Shown in pieces: positions 24,935-37,906 of a stretch of 64,000 bases of DNA. Within the stretch, counting starts at the first letter, position 1. Each line of letters opens with the position of its first letter. The notes under the pieces were generated by a model that saw only the letters and a list, made by a program, of their open reading frames with translations, did not search any database and had not been told where the DNA came from. The translations under genes were made by a program, and so were the position numbers. The DNA is taken from the NCBI RefSeq assembly GCF_000143415.4, contig NW_003314358.1, forward strand, positions 10,001-74,000, written 5' to 3'. This DNA comes from Selaginella moellendorffii (taxonomy: Eukaryota > Plantae > Lycopodiophyta).

Positions 24935-26239
24935 ATGGCGCGGCTAGCGATCCAAATGCTGGCGATTTCAAGGCGCCACGCAGGTAGTGTCTCGAGCGAT
25001 TCCCTCGCAAGAATGCGGACAAGGTCCTCTTACTGGTGCTTTGGTTCTAGTGCCCAAAATCCAGAGTGCGTGGTTTGCTCAAGCTCCAGAGTTTGAGAGA
25101 TGGGATAGAGGCGGGGGAAATGTGCACAGGCTTGCGCGGGTTGATCCATCGGTGGTGGTGGAAATCGGTGGAGTTGTACACGCTGGTGCCACGATCGGTG
25201 AGTCTTCTCACGTTGGATCGGGATGTATTGTTGGACCGGATGTTTGCATTGGTTCTTCGGTGGTATTGAGGTATCGGAGTTCTTCCTTTTTTCTCTCTCT
25301 CTCTCTCGTTTGGCAACTTCGATGTCACAGGTATAACGTGGTACTGCAAAACTGTTCGATTGGAGATTTTTGCACCCTCCATAGCGGTGTTTGCGTGGGA
25401 CAAGATGGTATGTTTTTTTCCGAAAGCTTTTTCTTATGTGATTCGTGATTTCTTCCAAGGTTTTGGATTCACTTACGACTCAAACAATAGCATTGTTAAG
25501 AAGCCCCAGGAAAGTTTCTATGCGTTCTTTCTTCTCTTATCTCATGATCCTTTTGTCCTTTTTTTCTTAGGAGTTGCGGGTAAAGATTGGAAACAGTGTG
25601 GAAATCGGTGCCAATTCGTCCATCGACCGTGGGAGGTAACAAAAGATGTTACATGTTCTTCTTAAGTCTCGTTTGCTCTGGATGGATCGTCAGCTGGCGT
25701 GACACAGTCATCGGGGATAACACGAAGCTTGACAACTTGGTCCAGGTTTGAGAAACGTTTTCTTTTCTTGAGCTTACTCTTGGCTTGTTTGCATGTAGAT
25801 TGGTCACAATGTTGTGATAGGATGCGACTGTATGATTTGTGGACAAGTTGGAATTGCCGGATCTTGCACGTAAGTACGAACAACCTTGTTGTTCTTGAGA
25901 TCTTTCTCTTTTTTCTTTGCTGCAGACTAGGAGATAATGTAGTCTTGGGTGGCCAAGCAGGTGTTGCGGACCACATAGAAATCGCTTCAAAGGTCCTGCT
26001 TCCTGATGTTGCCAATCTCTTCAGCACTTTCTTTTCTCCAGGTCCGAATCGCAGCGAAAAGTGGAGTTACCTCAAACATTACCGAGCCTGGAGACTATGC
26101 CGGTTTTCCAGCAGTATGGTTTCTTTTCCCAGTTTAGTTGCAAAAGCTCTTGTGCTTACTGAAGTCACAGGTGCCCGTGAAACAATGGCGGGAATCGGTG
26201 GTGGCTTCTCGAAGACTTTGTAACAAACATCCAAAGTGA
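24935..26239 (+). CDS. lpxD: UDP-3-O-acylglucosamine N-acyltransferase LpxD, mitochondrial (multi-exon)
   Basis: Arg-rich presequence; FERWDRGGG..hexapeptide repeats..[85 protein letters not shown]; stop TGA 26237-26239. Confidence 0.93.
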
Positions 26240-26345
26240 GAGCTTGGCGAGAGCTAGCGTGAAATCGCTCTCGGGCTCGGCAAATCCACTGCGTAAACTC
26301 GCTGGTAGCCGCAAAACCAAGGTTTTTTACTCATCAAGTTTTTCC

Positions 26346-27810
26346 TCAAGTGTATCTTTTCCTCCATATCGTTGTCCATGTCACGCTATTTGGCTGGAAT
26401 GGCGTTCTCCTCGCTAAAGCAATGGCATCCTGGACGTTACTTGCACGGCCAAGAACGTCGTTCATGCAGTAAGTGCTCGATGTGCAAACTTGGACCACAT
26501 TCCATTCAAGAACTCCCTTCCTCGATCGAGAATCTTTGCGTGACTGCACGCCGAGAATATCTCCACAAAGGCTACGCTGTCCAGCTTCCTCTCGTATGCT
26601 CCGAAACGCTTGGAACGCAGGGATGGCGTCTCCTCGAGCGTCATGTCCTGCGATCAGCGTATTCCACGCCACAGTGTCGGGAAGCGATGGAATCTGGGGC
26701 AGGGGATGCATTTCCACCTGGAGCTCTCAAACAGGAGCTCGGCGTCCTCGATGCTCTTGCATTTACAGTAGAAGTCAAGCAGGAAAATCACCACAGAGGC
26801 GTGAAAACTCTCTTCTAGTCTCTGCCAGAGAATCTGTTCGGGGAAGAGCTTCCCAAGCTTCAAATCTCCCACGTTCCCGCAAGCTTGCAACAACGCAAGA
26901 GAGTTTGGAGCAACTTCCATGACCGCATAACTTTCCAACGCACGCCGTTATAAACACATCCAAACAGGAAAGAGTTCCACGAGACTACGTTGCGATCTAA
27001 GATCTTATCGAACACCCGGCGAGCGTCCACGATCAAGCTTCCACTCTTGGCATACATACCAACCAAACTGCTAGCAAGCGATGGATCCTTCTCCAGGCAG
27101 ATCCAATTGCTTTCTCAAGAGATTCTACGTCTAAATCTCTTGCCTTGTTTCTTCTCGGCTAGAACGCTACAAGCCTTGATAGCGGCTAGACAAGCTAGAC
27201 GATCGGGTTTAAATTCTTGTCAAAGCAAAGCTCTTCTCCATCTTGACTCTCGTGAACGGCCAAACTAGAGCAAGCTTTGCTGGCAGCCACGAGAAAACTC
27301 GAGCACGAATTGATAATGGTAGCTTCCATCTGCGAGAAGAGCTCCAGAGCCAAATCTTCCTGCCGGTTTTGAGCGTATCCCAGAACCAACACCGTCCAGG
27401 AAACAACGTCGTGGTTCTCAATCCCATCGGCGAGAGTCTCTCATGCTTCAACACTTGGCGTAGGCATCCACGAGACAAGTTGCCAAACGAGTGTACCGCG
27501 AGAGCATGCTATCCGAGCTCTTGGATCGCCATGGTTCTCTCGAGCAACTTCATCCTCCCCACGAAGAACTTCCCATTTTCCATCTCTGCTCGTTCTCTCA
27601 TGCAAGCCTTAAGAAGGGCCAGGAGAGTGGGGCCGCTTGGATCGCAGCCACTTCTTTTTTAAAAAATCCAGTGCCATCTCTGGAGCTCCATTCTGAACGT
27701 AGCCCTCGCTGAGCGCAGTCCAGCAAACCACGACTCGCTGCTCCATCCCCTAGGAAATCCTCGCGGCTTCGTCCATGAAGCCACATTTCGCGTACATGGC
27801 CATGAGAGTG
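26346..27810 (-). pseudogene. Fragmented PLS-PPR pseudogene
   Basis: Frameshifted pieces: VGMYAKSGSL..DARRVFDKILDRNVVSWN, LVLGYAQNRQEDLALELFSQM, LLDFYCKCKSIEDAELLF, FVEIFSACSHA, PFQPNSVTWTT. Confidence 0.85.
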
Positions 27811-28033
27811 CTCTTCAAAATTGTGCTAAATCCTTTGCTCTAGCGGATGTGTAGGGTCTTTGATCGCCTAAATGTTATTACTTAAACATGATACCTTTAA
27901 AAATAAAATATACCCTTAGTTGATTTGGAGAATTTTGTTAACAAAAAATTTAGGCAAAGGATAAAATATTTCGATCAACCTTTACCTAAATACTTTGATC
28001 AAAATACTTTCTTGGATGAAAAACTTCCAACAT

Positions 28034-30135
28034 TAGTAAGGAAATAGAGAAATCTATTAAGGATAGAGGTCAAACGATGATATGGAAGGGGTTTGGGTGA
28101 GCAAGGGCTTGTCCACTTTGAGAAGATTAGAGCCCAATCAAAATGGGGAGGTGTACTACCTTGTTTTTGAGCTGTGCAATTGCAACTTTCATGACCAGAT
28201 CAAGTATAAGGGGCAAAGAGTCTGCAAAGATCATCATAGCCCTGGGTTCTCTACTACAATCTGAAGCTCATATATGTTTTAGTGAAATACCTGTGATGTG
28301 GGAAGTTCTATGTCTCGAAGGTGTCCTGCTGGATCAGACTCATGAGCGAAGAAGAGCTCCACATACTTCATAGCGAATGTGACGAGGATTTACCATCCTC
28401 AACACTCCCACTAAAGCCTCCACTCTCGCCCAAGACCTTGGTCAATGAGCAGAGACCAAGACTATCTCGGTGTTGAAGAAAACGATCACGAGCCAATGGC
28501 TTGAAGATATCAGCCACCATGTCTCATGTAGCACAGTATGCTAGCTCAAGAATCTCCTTTTTAGTCTTCTCACGAACAAAGTGATGATGAATATCGAAAT
28601 GCTTGGTGCGGCAATGGTAGCAAAGGTTAGCAGCCAGGGCGATGCAGCTCTGGTTGTCACACCACAGCATCATTGGACCTTGCTGAAAAATACCAATCTC
28701 CGCAAGTAGAACCCTGAGCCAAACCAGTTCTTTAGCTGCGTGTGAGGCAGCCAAGTACTCAGCCTCTGTGCTCGAAGTTGCTACCATCGAGTGCTTCTCG
28801 GAACTCCAAGAAACCGCTGCACTGCCTAAATTGAAATATAACCTGATCAGGACTTGCGAGTATCGGTATCTGCTGCCCAACCAGCATCACAAAAGCCTTG
28901 AAGCTTGAGCTCCCCGCCCTGGTAACACAAGCCACGCTGAGTGGTGCCTCGAAGATACCTGAAGATGCGTTTAACTGCAGTCTCCAAAAATTGGCTAACT
29001 CTGCTCACGGCAAAGGCCAAATCAAGTCTCGTACACCCTGCCGGATATAGCAAGCTGCCAACGGCACTGCGATAGGGGATCTTCGCCATAGCAGCTTTCC
29101 CTTCTTCCGTTGCCGGAGACATCTCTTTCGTCAATTTACAACCAGGCTCCATTGGTGGATGAGAGTTCTCCATGCAAAAGCGAGAGTATATGTCTGCAAT
29201 GTACTTGGCCTGATGAACATAGATAATTCCCTGTGCACGGTCACGGAGGAGCTCCATGCCAAGAAATATCTCACTGGCCCTAGTGCCTTCATCTAGAACT
29301 GAGTCGACAGGATCTTCTTCACCTGAGCAAACATGGCAGCGTTGTGAGTAACCAAATTGTCATCAACGTAGAGGCCAAGGATTGTGAAGTCTGAACTGCA
29401 TGTAGAGATTGCTATCCGCCTGGCTTCGCTTGAATCCCACGCTCACTTCTTTAAAAGCCAAACGTGACTGTAGTGACATCCATCTGCTCGATGTCATAGT
29501 CACCAGCCGCAGCAAAATGGATCAAAGCACCAAGAGTCGTGTGCTTGACCACAGGCGTAAAAGTCTCCTGGAAATTGATTAGGAAGAAATGCATAATCCA
29601 GCACCACCCTCTTTTACGAGGCTACTCTTTTGCCACGCTCACTCTTGGCTACTTTTGTGGCGCACTTAATCATGCCCAGGCTGCACCTTAAATGTTTAAT
29701 GACTAACTCTAAATTAGTAATGTTAAATATTAATTAGTAGATGTTGTTAACGGGTATGTTAACGACTATAATTTTGTAATGAATGGCTATAACTATATAT
29801 TAGAATAAATAGTAAATTATATTTTGTAATTTTAAATACTTAAAAATAATTTAAAATAATATACTAGAACAATTTATAGTAATGAAGTATCAAGTCCAAA
29901 TTCTAGGAACTTGAGTGCCCCAGCAGGAATGGAAGAAACCAGCACGTCCATTCTTCCTCTGCGAGTGCATCTTGTCCCCCATCGCTGCAAGCCAGAATTT
30001 GGCTTCTGGAGAATCCAAGGCTTGTGTATAAGTTTTGGGTACCACTGGAATTTCACCAGCAGTAGAAGCAACCATCGTCTCAATGAGGCGAGACAGTGGC
30101 GGTCAGAGCGGCGGAGTGCATTAGGGTCCGGCAAT
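28034..30135 (-). mobile_element. Ty1/copia remnant (pre-RT linker, RT, RNase H, PPT, probable 3' LTR), interrupted by AT-rich DNA
   Basis: VPKTYTQALDSP..WLAAM; ETFTPVVK; LYVDD; PYRSAVGSLLY; VATSSTEAEY..WCDNQS..RTKHFDIHHHFVRE. PPT-like tagtgggag followed by TGTTG at 28404 on the minus strand. The left boundary is uncertain. Confidence 0.88.
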
Positions 30136-30366
30136 GTTTGGTTTGTTTTTTTTAAAAACCAAACATGCACAATGGTTACATGCACAATGTAACGTGTAGC
30201 AATTTTATTACCAATTTAGCTTTTTTCTTTAAATCCCTTTTTATGTAATGATTGTCATGTTATATGTGCCATTATTTTGTTTGGTCTAATAAGTTCTAGG
30301 CACTAGGAGAAATTTTTAGGAGGGACACCAAGTTTCTCCTAAAGAGAGAGAGGGACACCAAGTTTC

Positions 30367-30369
<3 letters not shown>

Positions 30370-30406
<37 letters not shown>
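30370..30406. repeat. (GA)n microsatellite
   Basis: About 18 GA units. Confidence 0.95.
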
Positions 30407-30411
<5 letters not shown>

Positions 30412-31067
30412 TCCCAATCTTTTAGGAAGCCACAGTGAAGCAAAAGTGAAGCAACTATTCCATGTGAAGCATAGTAGCCAGCAGTGTTTCAATAACTTTA
30501 GTTTAAAAAATTAATGATTTCTAATTGCACATTTGGATTTGTTTGAACTTTGGGTGTCATAAGTAGTGTAGTGTTATATTGTTCCCACTTTAGTTTAAAT
30601 AGCTTGGTGAAGGAGGATATTTTAACTTTGCTTTATACTTGCCTGGATTTTGAACAATGGGATTGTGCAGAAAACAGAAGCTATGCTAAAAAGGACTAAT
30701 CACCTTGCTATTGTTACTTGTGGCCATGGGCATATGCAAACATGTAGAGAGAGGCATTAATTTAGGTCTATGTTGTGGAAGTTGAAGAGGAGGTGGGGAA
30801 TATGAGTGGAATTTAAAACAAGTAGCAATACAACAAAAAAAGGTTGTCATTAACCTAAAAAACTAAAGGTAAAAGAAGTTTATTTACAAATAATTATGCT
30901 TTCAATTGGTTTAATCTTATATTATTAGATTTCTCAATCATAAAAATTGATTTATTCTCTTACATTACTAGTAAAAACTTTTACAAGATTACACTAATAT
31001 ATTCCTCAAAAACGCTATTCATAAGTATTTATTAAATACCAAAATTTTTAAATATTAGAGCTTTAGT

Positions 31068-31961
31068 ATGAATTATTATATATTTCTATTTTCCCTATGC
31101 TTGAGCATTAATACAGCTTTAACTTCATATACATATAATGGCCCAAATTCCATGGAAAGTGATAGTATTGATTTAATTTTATATGCAATGGAATTAATGA
31201 TTAATAACATCTCTTCAGAACCTTTACCTAAAGGTCAAGGTATGCAATTTGAATATACTATACAAGATAATACTCATGGTCTATTAACTATTACAAATCA
31301 ATTATGGGTTTATGATACCAAGGGAAAAAAATTTGATACATGTGCTTTAAATCCAAATGAATATGAACAAGATCATGGTGATAATGTTAAATACCGGTTA
31401 AATTTTATATTAAATTTATATCGTTATGATATAAGAAGGTTACGTGCAAGTTATTTTCGGGCTGTTATTGGTTTTTATTGTGTTGAATATCTTTTAAAGA
31501 ACTTTCGACAAAATTTACTATATCAATTTCAAAATATAAATAAAATAGATAAATTAACTGATTGTGAAATAAAAATAACGACACTAATTAGTAATATACC
31601 AGCTAATGCTCTTAGACCTACCCAATTTTTAACATCACCAAATAAAAAAGCTTTATTGTATTTGCATTTGAACTGTATTTTATCATTATATGTACAAAAT
31701 GTTTTAAAATGGTATAGAGGGTTTCAAAGTTATCAAAATTGTTTGTTTGTTATAGAAGATGATGGAAATATAGTGTTATATTCTGAAAATAAATATATAG
31801 TTTGGTCTCCAAAAATTAATTTTGATAATTCACATACTTATTTTATAAAATTTATTTCACTTCAAGATGATTGTAATTTAGTTCTTTACGAATCTCATCA
31901 AAAAGTTATTTCAAGGCATCCAGTTATTAAACCAAAATGGGATTCACAAACACATTGTTAA
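31068..31961 (+). CDS. Secreted protein: unknown N-terminal domain plus C-terminal bulb-type (GNA) lectin domain, 297 aa
   Basis: Signal peptide MNYYIFLFSLCLSINTA; QxDxNxVxY-type motifs EDDGNIVLY and QDDCNLVLY, plus VW and W-S-T motifs; uninterrupted ORF despite very AT-rich DNA. Confidence 0.75.
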   Translation: MNYYIFLFSLCLSINTALTSYTYNGPNSMESDSIDLILYAMELMINNISSEPLPKGQGMQFEYTIQDNTHGLLTITNQLWVYDTKGKKFDTCALNPNEYEQDHGDNVKYRLNFILNLYRYDIRRLRASYFRAVIGFYCVEYLLKNFRQNLLYQFQNINKIDKLTDCEIKITTLISNIPANALRPTQFLTSPNKKALLYLHLNCILSLYVQNVLKWYRGFQSYQNCLFVIEDDGNIVLYSENKYIVWSPKINFDNSHTYFIKFISLQDDCNLVLYESHQKVISRHPVIKPKWDSQTHC

Positions 31962-32324
31962 TATTTTTATATGTTTTAGTATATATTAAAATATTTAATT
32001 GATAATTATTCTCTAATTAATTTTATCCTCTAAAATAATATATTTTAATTTTAACCTTCATCTTTTCAAGTAATTCCATTTGAAGCATAAGTAAATTAAA
32101 TCAACACTTCTATTTGTACTTAGTTTTAAAATAATATAGTATTTTTGCAAAATGTAAAAGATTCTTTTTAAATTTCTATTATATATTATTAAAAATTCTA
32201 AAGTAAAGTTTAAAAAACAATGTTTTATTTTTAAATTATTTTTAATAATAAATATTTTAATGAATAGTTACAACAAATTATATTGCAGGAACACTTGGTT
32301 TACTTGATTGTCTATTATAGCTTA

Positions 32325-32646
32325 TTTTTGGTTTGCTTAAGCAAACCTATGGGATGTTACTGGATATACTTAGAATATGCTTGGATATTCTAGGATATTC
32401 TACCATGTTTGTCATTCATTTAGATTAATCTTGTATTTATAATTTATAAACTTGCTTAAACACTTTCTAGTATATTCTTTTTTATTCTAATGTTTGATAT
32501 GCAATAAGATTAATCTTGTGTTTATAAATTATAAACATATTTATAATTATAAACTTTTATTTGATCAATTGGATTAATAAGTAGGAATAATACTACTATT
32601 AAGCAAACCAAGCATTGCTACATGCAATTTGTAGCAAATTATTTTT
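32325..32646 (+). mobile_element. Helentron/HINE-like non-autonomous element (intact copy)
   Basis: T-run, 5' subTIR ttggtttgcttaa within palindrome ggtttgcttaagcaaacc, 3' subTIR ttaagcaaaccaa (32599-32611), hairpin ttgctaca..tgtagcaa (32615-32637), T-run. Confidence 0.6.
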
Positions 32647-34739
32647 CCTTATTTTAACATATAGTTTATTATGTATCTAATATGTTTTATATATTTTAAT
32701 TTTTAATATGTATTTAATATTTTTTAATGTTTATTATAAAATTTTTATATTATTATTTTCCTCAATCCTAAACATACTACATTTATTATAATTTTGAGTA
32801 TATTTATTTCTATATTAATAACTCTTTGTAACCTCTATAGTTGTAGTAGGTTTGGTGGAGGTTTATTAGAGTGTGACGAGGGCTGGAAAACACAAAAACT
32901 CTTGCTAACATATAATTGAAACATGTGGTAGAATCAGTAGCCTATTCAAGTCTATAATCATAACTCAAGTTGTTTCAAGAATATACATAGTGCTTGCTGA
33001 ATAGTATCGTTTGGGACAGCTTTTGGCAATTGAGGCCTTTAGCCAGTCTGCATGATAGTTTCCTGCAAGTAAACATGGATGAAAAACTTTTGTAAGTTCC
33101 ACAAAGTTCTCGGGACCAAGAAGTTCATGTCTTGAATTTATTATGATTCAAGGAAAACAAAGAGGAAAGACTTATCATCTTATCCAACAAAAATCTTTAG
33201 GATCTAGTTGTGAATTCTAGCAGCAGGAGCAACAGCAATTGTCCTTTGGCTTGGACTTGCCAGACATCTTAGAATTTCCTACTGTGACATGAATTACATG
33301 TTGTGCGTGAGAAGGCCAATGGAAGGGCTAAGTCTTGGCCAGCTTTCTATTTCTTCTGGATTGGCCATGATCTTTAGTCTCTCTGAAACAATTGCTTTTC
33401 CAACAAGGCTTCTGATCTTCTTATGTTATTGAGGATGAGTTTTTCACATAAAACAAGTCACTTGCAGATCGAGTAATCAGCTTGTTGAAGATTGGATGGG
33501 CTTGTGTGACAGACATGTGGCTGACAACTGGCATTGTGATGGCGACTGGATATGCGGTGAGAGTAACAACGATTCTAGACTCATCATAGAAATAGAAACC
33601 TGAATGTTAAAATTATGTTCCTTACAAGATGTGATTGATCCGATTGAGTTTCCTTGAACATCCACACCAGATATTGAAATCCCTAGGAAAAAGTAGCTAG
33701 CAAGAAATTATCAACACAAGAAATAATATACAAGATCTTCTGATGACACCAAATATAACTCAAAAGATAAATAAAAAATTATTTTATATCTATTTGAATA
33801 CAAGTTAAAATACAATATTTATTTTTATAAATTAAAATATGTTTATAATTTATTAGATAGAAGAATATACTAGAATATATATGGAGGTGTTTATATAGTT
33901 TATATAGTTTATATATTATGAACGTAGTTATAATTTCTAAATAGACCAAATATTCAGGAATATTCTAGGCATATCCACTAGCTATATACTATAAAATAAA
34001 TCATGATAAAAATCATATTAATCTCATTAACATGCCAAGATGATAAACTTACATTAGCATAAGTATCCTGAGCTTTAGAAAAGCTTTTGATTACTCTTAG
34101 TTAGGTTTTCGTCCTTCCTTGAAGAGCCTAGTACTTTTGCCTAACCTTCTCATTTCAAACCTTCTGAAAGTGTATAAAGCAAGGTAATAGATGGAACTTG
34201 CTCCCTCTTGAGTAACAGCTTTCGAATTGAAAGAGAATGAACTTGTAAAGATGAATTGATCCTCTTCAGGTCAATGGTAATTACTAGACCAGTCCATACT
34301 TTTGACTTTTGATCCTCAAGTAAAACATTTGGACTATTTTACATCCTTTCTTCCAATTTTCTGAACCCTTCTTAAAATCCTTTGACAGGAAAAATTCATA
34401 CCAAACAAAGTTGGCTTACATTTTGTTTTTTTTAATATTTCTAAATTAAATACTATATATGAATGTGCTGTTTTAAATCTTGTATGGCACAAACATAAAA
34501 TCCCAACTCAATATATACTCTAATCACATCTATATGTAAATTTGCCTGTTCAAAACTACACCGCAACTAAAAAGTAGACTTTGCATTTTTCTTTTTTTGA
34601 GTCTATTTGGAGACTAAATGCTTACTTGACCATCTTTTTTTACGCCGCTAGATAAAATGCTGGATCAATACTACTGGAGTGAGAATTCTTGCATGCTGGA
34701 TTTGCATTGCCAACTTAGCACTCTATCACTTGAAAATCT

Positions 34740-35798
34740 AGGCACTTAAGATCATAAGATCCAAGTATGAGAATAGTGGGTATCTCATTGATGGCAGAAG
34801 GTGCCATACTCAACTTGTGGGAAAGGTGTTCCCAAAAGAAAATAAATTTGACACAAAGTTGTGTGTAAACTCTATAGTATATGCTAATGGATAGTTGGCA
34901 TGAGAAACAACGGTATTAGTTTTGCCAAAGACCTAGATACAAGTAAGAAGTGTCATAAAGGTAAGCTTGTGGAGCCAATAGTTTAGAGACACCGATTGCG
35001 CCAAAGCATGATGCCTTGATGTCAAGTTGGCAAGTTCATGAGAACCCCTCCTCAAAGGAATTTTAATGGAAATGGGAATGGCATAGCATAAGTTGTAAGA
35101 CATGCGGTTAGAGTGTGGTGACCTAGATAATGATGGAAGTATGGAAGCATCAGCAATAAGTTGTAGGACTTGACCACTAATGAGGCAACTAAGCAAAAGG
35201 TGTAAAATAATAATTGATTAAATTGGTAGAAGGTAACTACACAAGACTTCTTATTGGGATAAGGAAATTAAATGTACCCTTATGGGGGATGAATTTTTTA
35301 AGTTGCGATATAGTAAATTAATGTCATAAAGAGAATGCTTATTGTCAAAGACAGCCATCATTGGGACACCTAAACACTTTAAAATACCAAGCAGTGGTGT
35401 TTGGTGTCATGAGGGCATTAGGTAAGGCCCAAGGGACTAAGTCCATAATGAATGATGGATAAAAGGTGTTATCCAAATGTCCAAGGTTGTAAAAATGGGA
35501 GAAATCTGTCTACATGAATTGGACAAAGCCAAAAAGGGATTTTGGCAAGGCTAATGATGGGCATATAAAGCCCCATAAGTAGCAATGTTAATTCCAATGT
35601 GTGGGATTACAAGGTAAGTATACCCAGATTAAGGAACCACTCCCTAGGCTATTGGGTAGGTTCATCTTTATGAATATTTGCTAAGGCATGGTAGAACGTG
35701 CAAAGTTATCCTTCTAGTCTGGAAGAGAATAATCGAAAGAAATGTGTGAGGCCAAAAACAAATAGTAAAGGGATAGAACTGAACCATATTAATTGAAG
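34740..35798 (+). mobile_element. Internal fragment of the degenerate large-LTR retrotransposon family
   Basis: Reverse-complement homology to about 59190-60230. Confidence 0.7.
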
Positions 35799-36165
35799 AA
35801 GCTCTATTTCGTTAAAGTGGGAATTGTCATTATCCCACTTGTAAAATAAGGTTTCCAAACCTTTATATAGTATATAAATATAACAAAATTCAACTGCATT
35901 GAGGCACATGCCATTTTATTTTAAACAAGGAAATGTCTACTCAATCACTTCTCCTCCCCCTGCCACTGCTTCACCTCTCTCTTCTCCTTGTCATCGTCGT
36001 CCAATTTCTTTCCATCCTTTTAATATTGGCTCAGTTGCTCCGAGTCTAGGTGGAGCCCAAGTCCCCATTCAATCTTTACTTTCCCCTTATTAATAAAACA
36101 ACTTCGTAGACTTCCAATAACATGCTGTAACACGTTGTAACACTTCTAGTATAATGCAAATCCTC

Positions 36166-37906
36166 TCAAAGGAGCAGATCGATGAACTTGGGGGCCCCCT
36201 TCACGTACTCGTCGATGTCTTCATTTGACAACTCCAGCTTTTCCATCATCTCTTGCGTGGTGTCGATGCTCACACTCTCCACGGCCACTTGCTCGAAGAT
36301 CCAATCCTTCAATAGCACACGAGCTCTCAGAGTCGTGCACAAGTCCTCGTATGTCAAAATATGGCCGGGAGTCATTTTGGTCTTGTTGAAGACTACCTCA
36401 CCACGTAAAAGAGCATTAGCCACTGTCAGAAGGTTGTCGTCGTCTAGAGACCGCGAGAAACGCAAGGCGTTGAGCTTCAAATCATTGGGCTTCCGGCCGT
36501 CCTCCACACCCATTGAGTTTAGCAACTCCCCGTTATGGTACCTCCTCAACATATCTACCCATTTGTCAAAAACAACTTTTGTCGCGAGTAGAATGTTATG
36601 GATGCTGAGTGTGTCATTGACCCTAGTGTTTTCGAGAGAAGACTCGAGAATTCTTGCAATGGAAATGGCGTGAGGCCACATGCTATGCCACATGCAACGA
36701 GGCTTACCTGCCAAGCGCTAGTTGCTAGTGCACGTCCTTGTCCTGGTTTTTGTGGCTTCTTCAGTTGAACCCAGAGCTTCCGTGTTCGTGCCAATGTCTC
36801 GTGCAGACCTGATTTGTAGCACGTTTCTTGCTTGACATTCTGCGCGTGGGAGATGTATATGATAGATCGGAGGGGCGAGTTGCCTTTTATCAGGCGGACA
36901 ACTCTTGTCTTGAAGACTTTCTTCACCTCCTCGCCCACCATAATATCCACAACTATCTCTTGCATCGCCAAGCTAGAATGCTGCCCGGAGACGGCATAGA
37001 ACTAGATGTTCTGATCGTCCAACACCTTCCTATTGATCAAGTCTGGAAACCTCGTCTCGCCCTTCATTGTTCGGTAGTAGGGGATCATGTCTGCGATGTC
37101 GGGTGTTACTGGACTTGCCAGCATCTTCTGCTTCAGTTTCTCCACCCACTCATTAGATACTAGCCTGTGGTTGTATTTGCTTTGGATGTCGATGTGGCTC
37201 ACGTCGATTGTATATACTTTGTTGGAATAGTAACAAGTACTATTATCTGCAACGATTTTTGCTACCTCTTCTTGCTCTTTCTGCTCTTTGCGGCTCTTCT
37301 TTTTGGTGGGTGTAGTGTTCAAACCCGAGGCAATGGCATCACCGAGTAGCTTCTTTTTTGGAGCAGGAGATTCGGACGTCGGCTTGAGCTTGACCACCCT
37401 TTTCTGCTTCGGGGTAGTTTCCAGATCGACCCCCTTCCCCTTCGTTTCGCGAACTGGAGTCACTCTCAACGGCTCAATGTTGGAATATAGTTTTTGAACA
37501 TCGCCGTAGGTGAGGTCCGTGGATTCCATATGATCTTCATAGACCCACAGCGTCTTTGAAATTGTGGGCCTCCTAGACAACCTCTCCTATCTCCCTCTAG
37601 GAATTCCTCATAGCCGTTGTCCCCCTCCGGGAAGCCGTTAGGATGTGCAAGGTGGATCTTGAAGGCGAACGCTGTCTCTACCACAAGTGTCAGTCCATAT
37701 TCTTGCATGGAACTGCATGGAGTGTCTATCACTTGGATGAGGATCCCCATGCATTCTTTTCTCCCACCATCTGTGTTGTACAGCCTCAGATCCTCGCCTT
37801 CCATCCCGAAAGTCCAACTGGTGAGCTCCTCCCCCTTCTCTGCATCCACATTGACAGTGGCTGGAAGAAGAACGCAATTCCTCGCCTGTTCAGAAATGCA
37901 CAACAA
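36166..37906 (-). pseudogene. ParB/Sulfiredoxin-like domain passenger gene (copy 1)
   Basis: VYTIDVSHIDIQSKYNHRLVSNEWVEKLKQKM...FYAVSGQHSSLAMQEI...VRLIKG...IIYISHAQN pattern; one intron (about 36654-36707); stops and frameshifts. Confidence 0.6.

Noticed and set aside
24935-26239. Recent bacterial HGT or contamination (lpxD)
   Set aside because: Spliceosomal introns and a presequence; nuclear lpx genes are standard in land plants.
32870-33700. Higher-GC patch that may be a decayed gene
   Set aside because: Stops in the frames examined and no motif I can identify.
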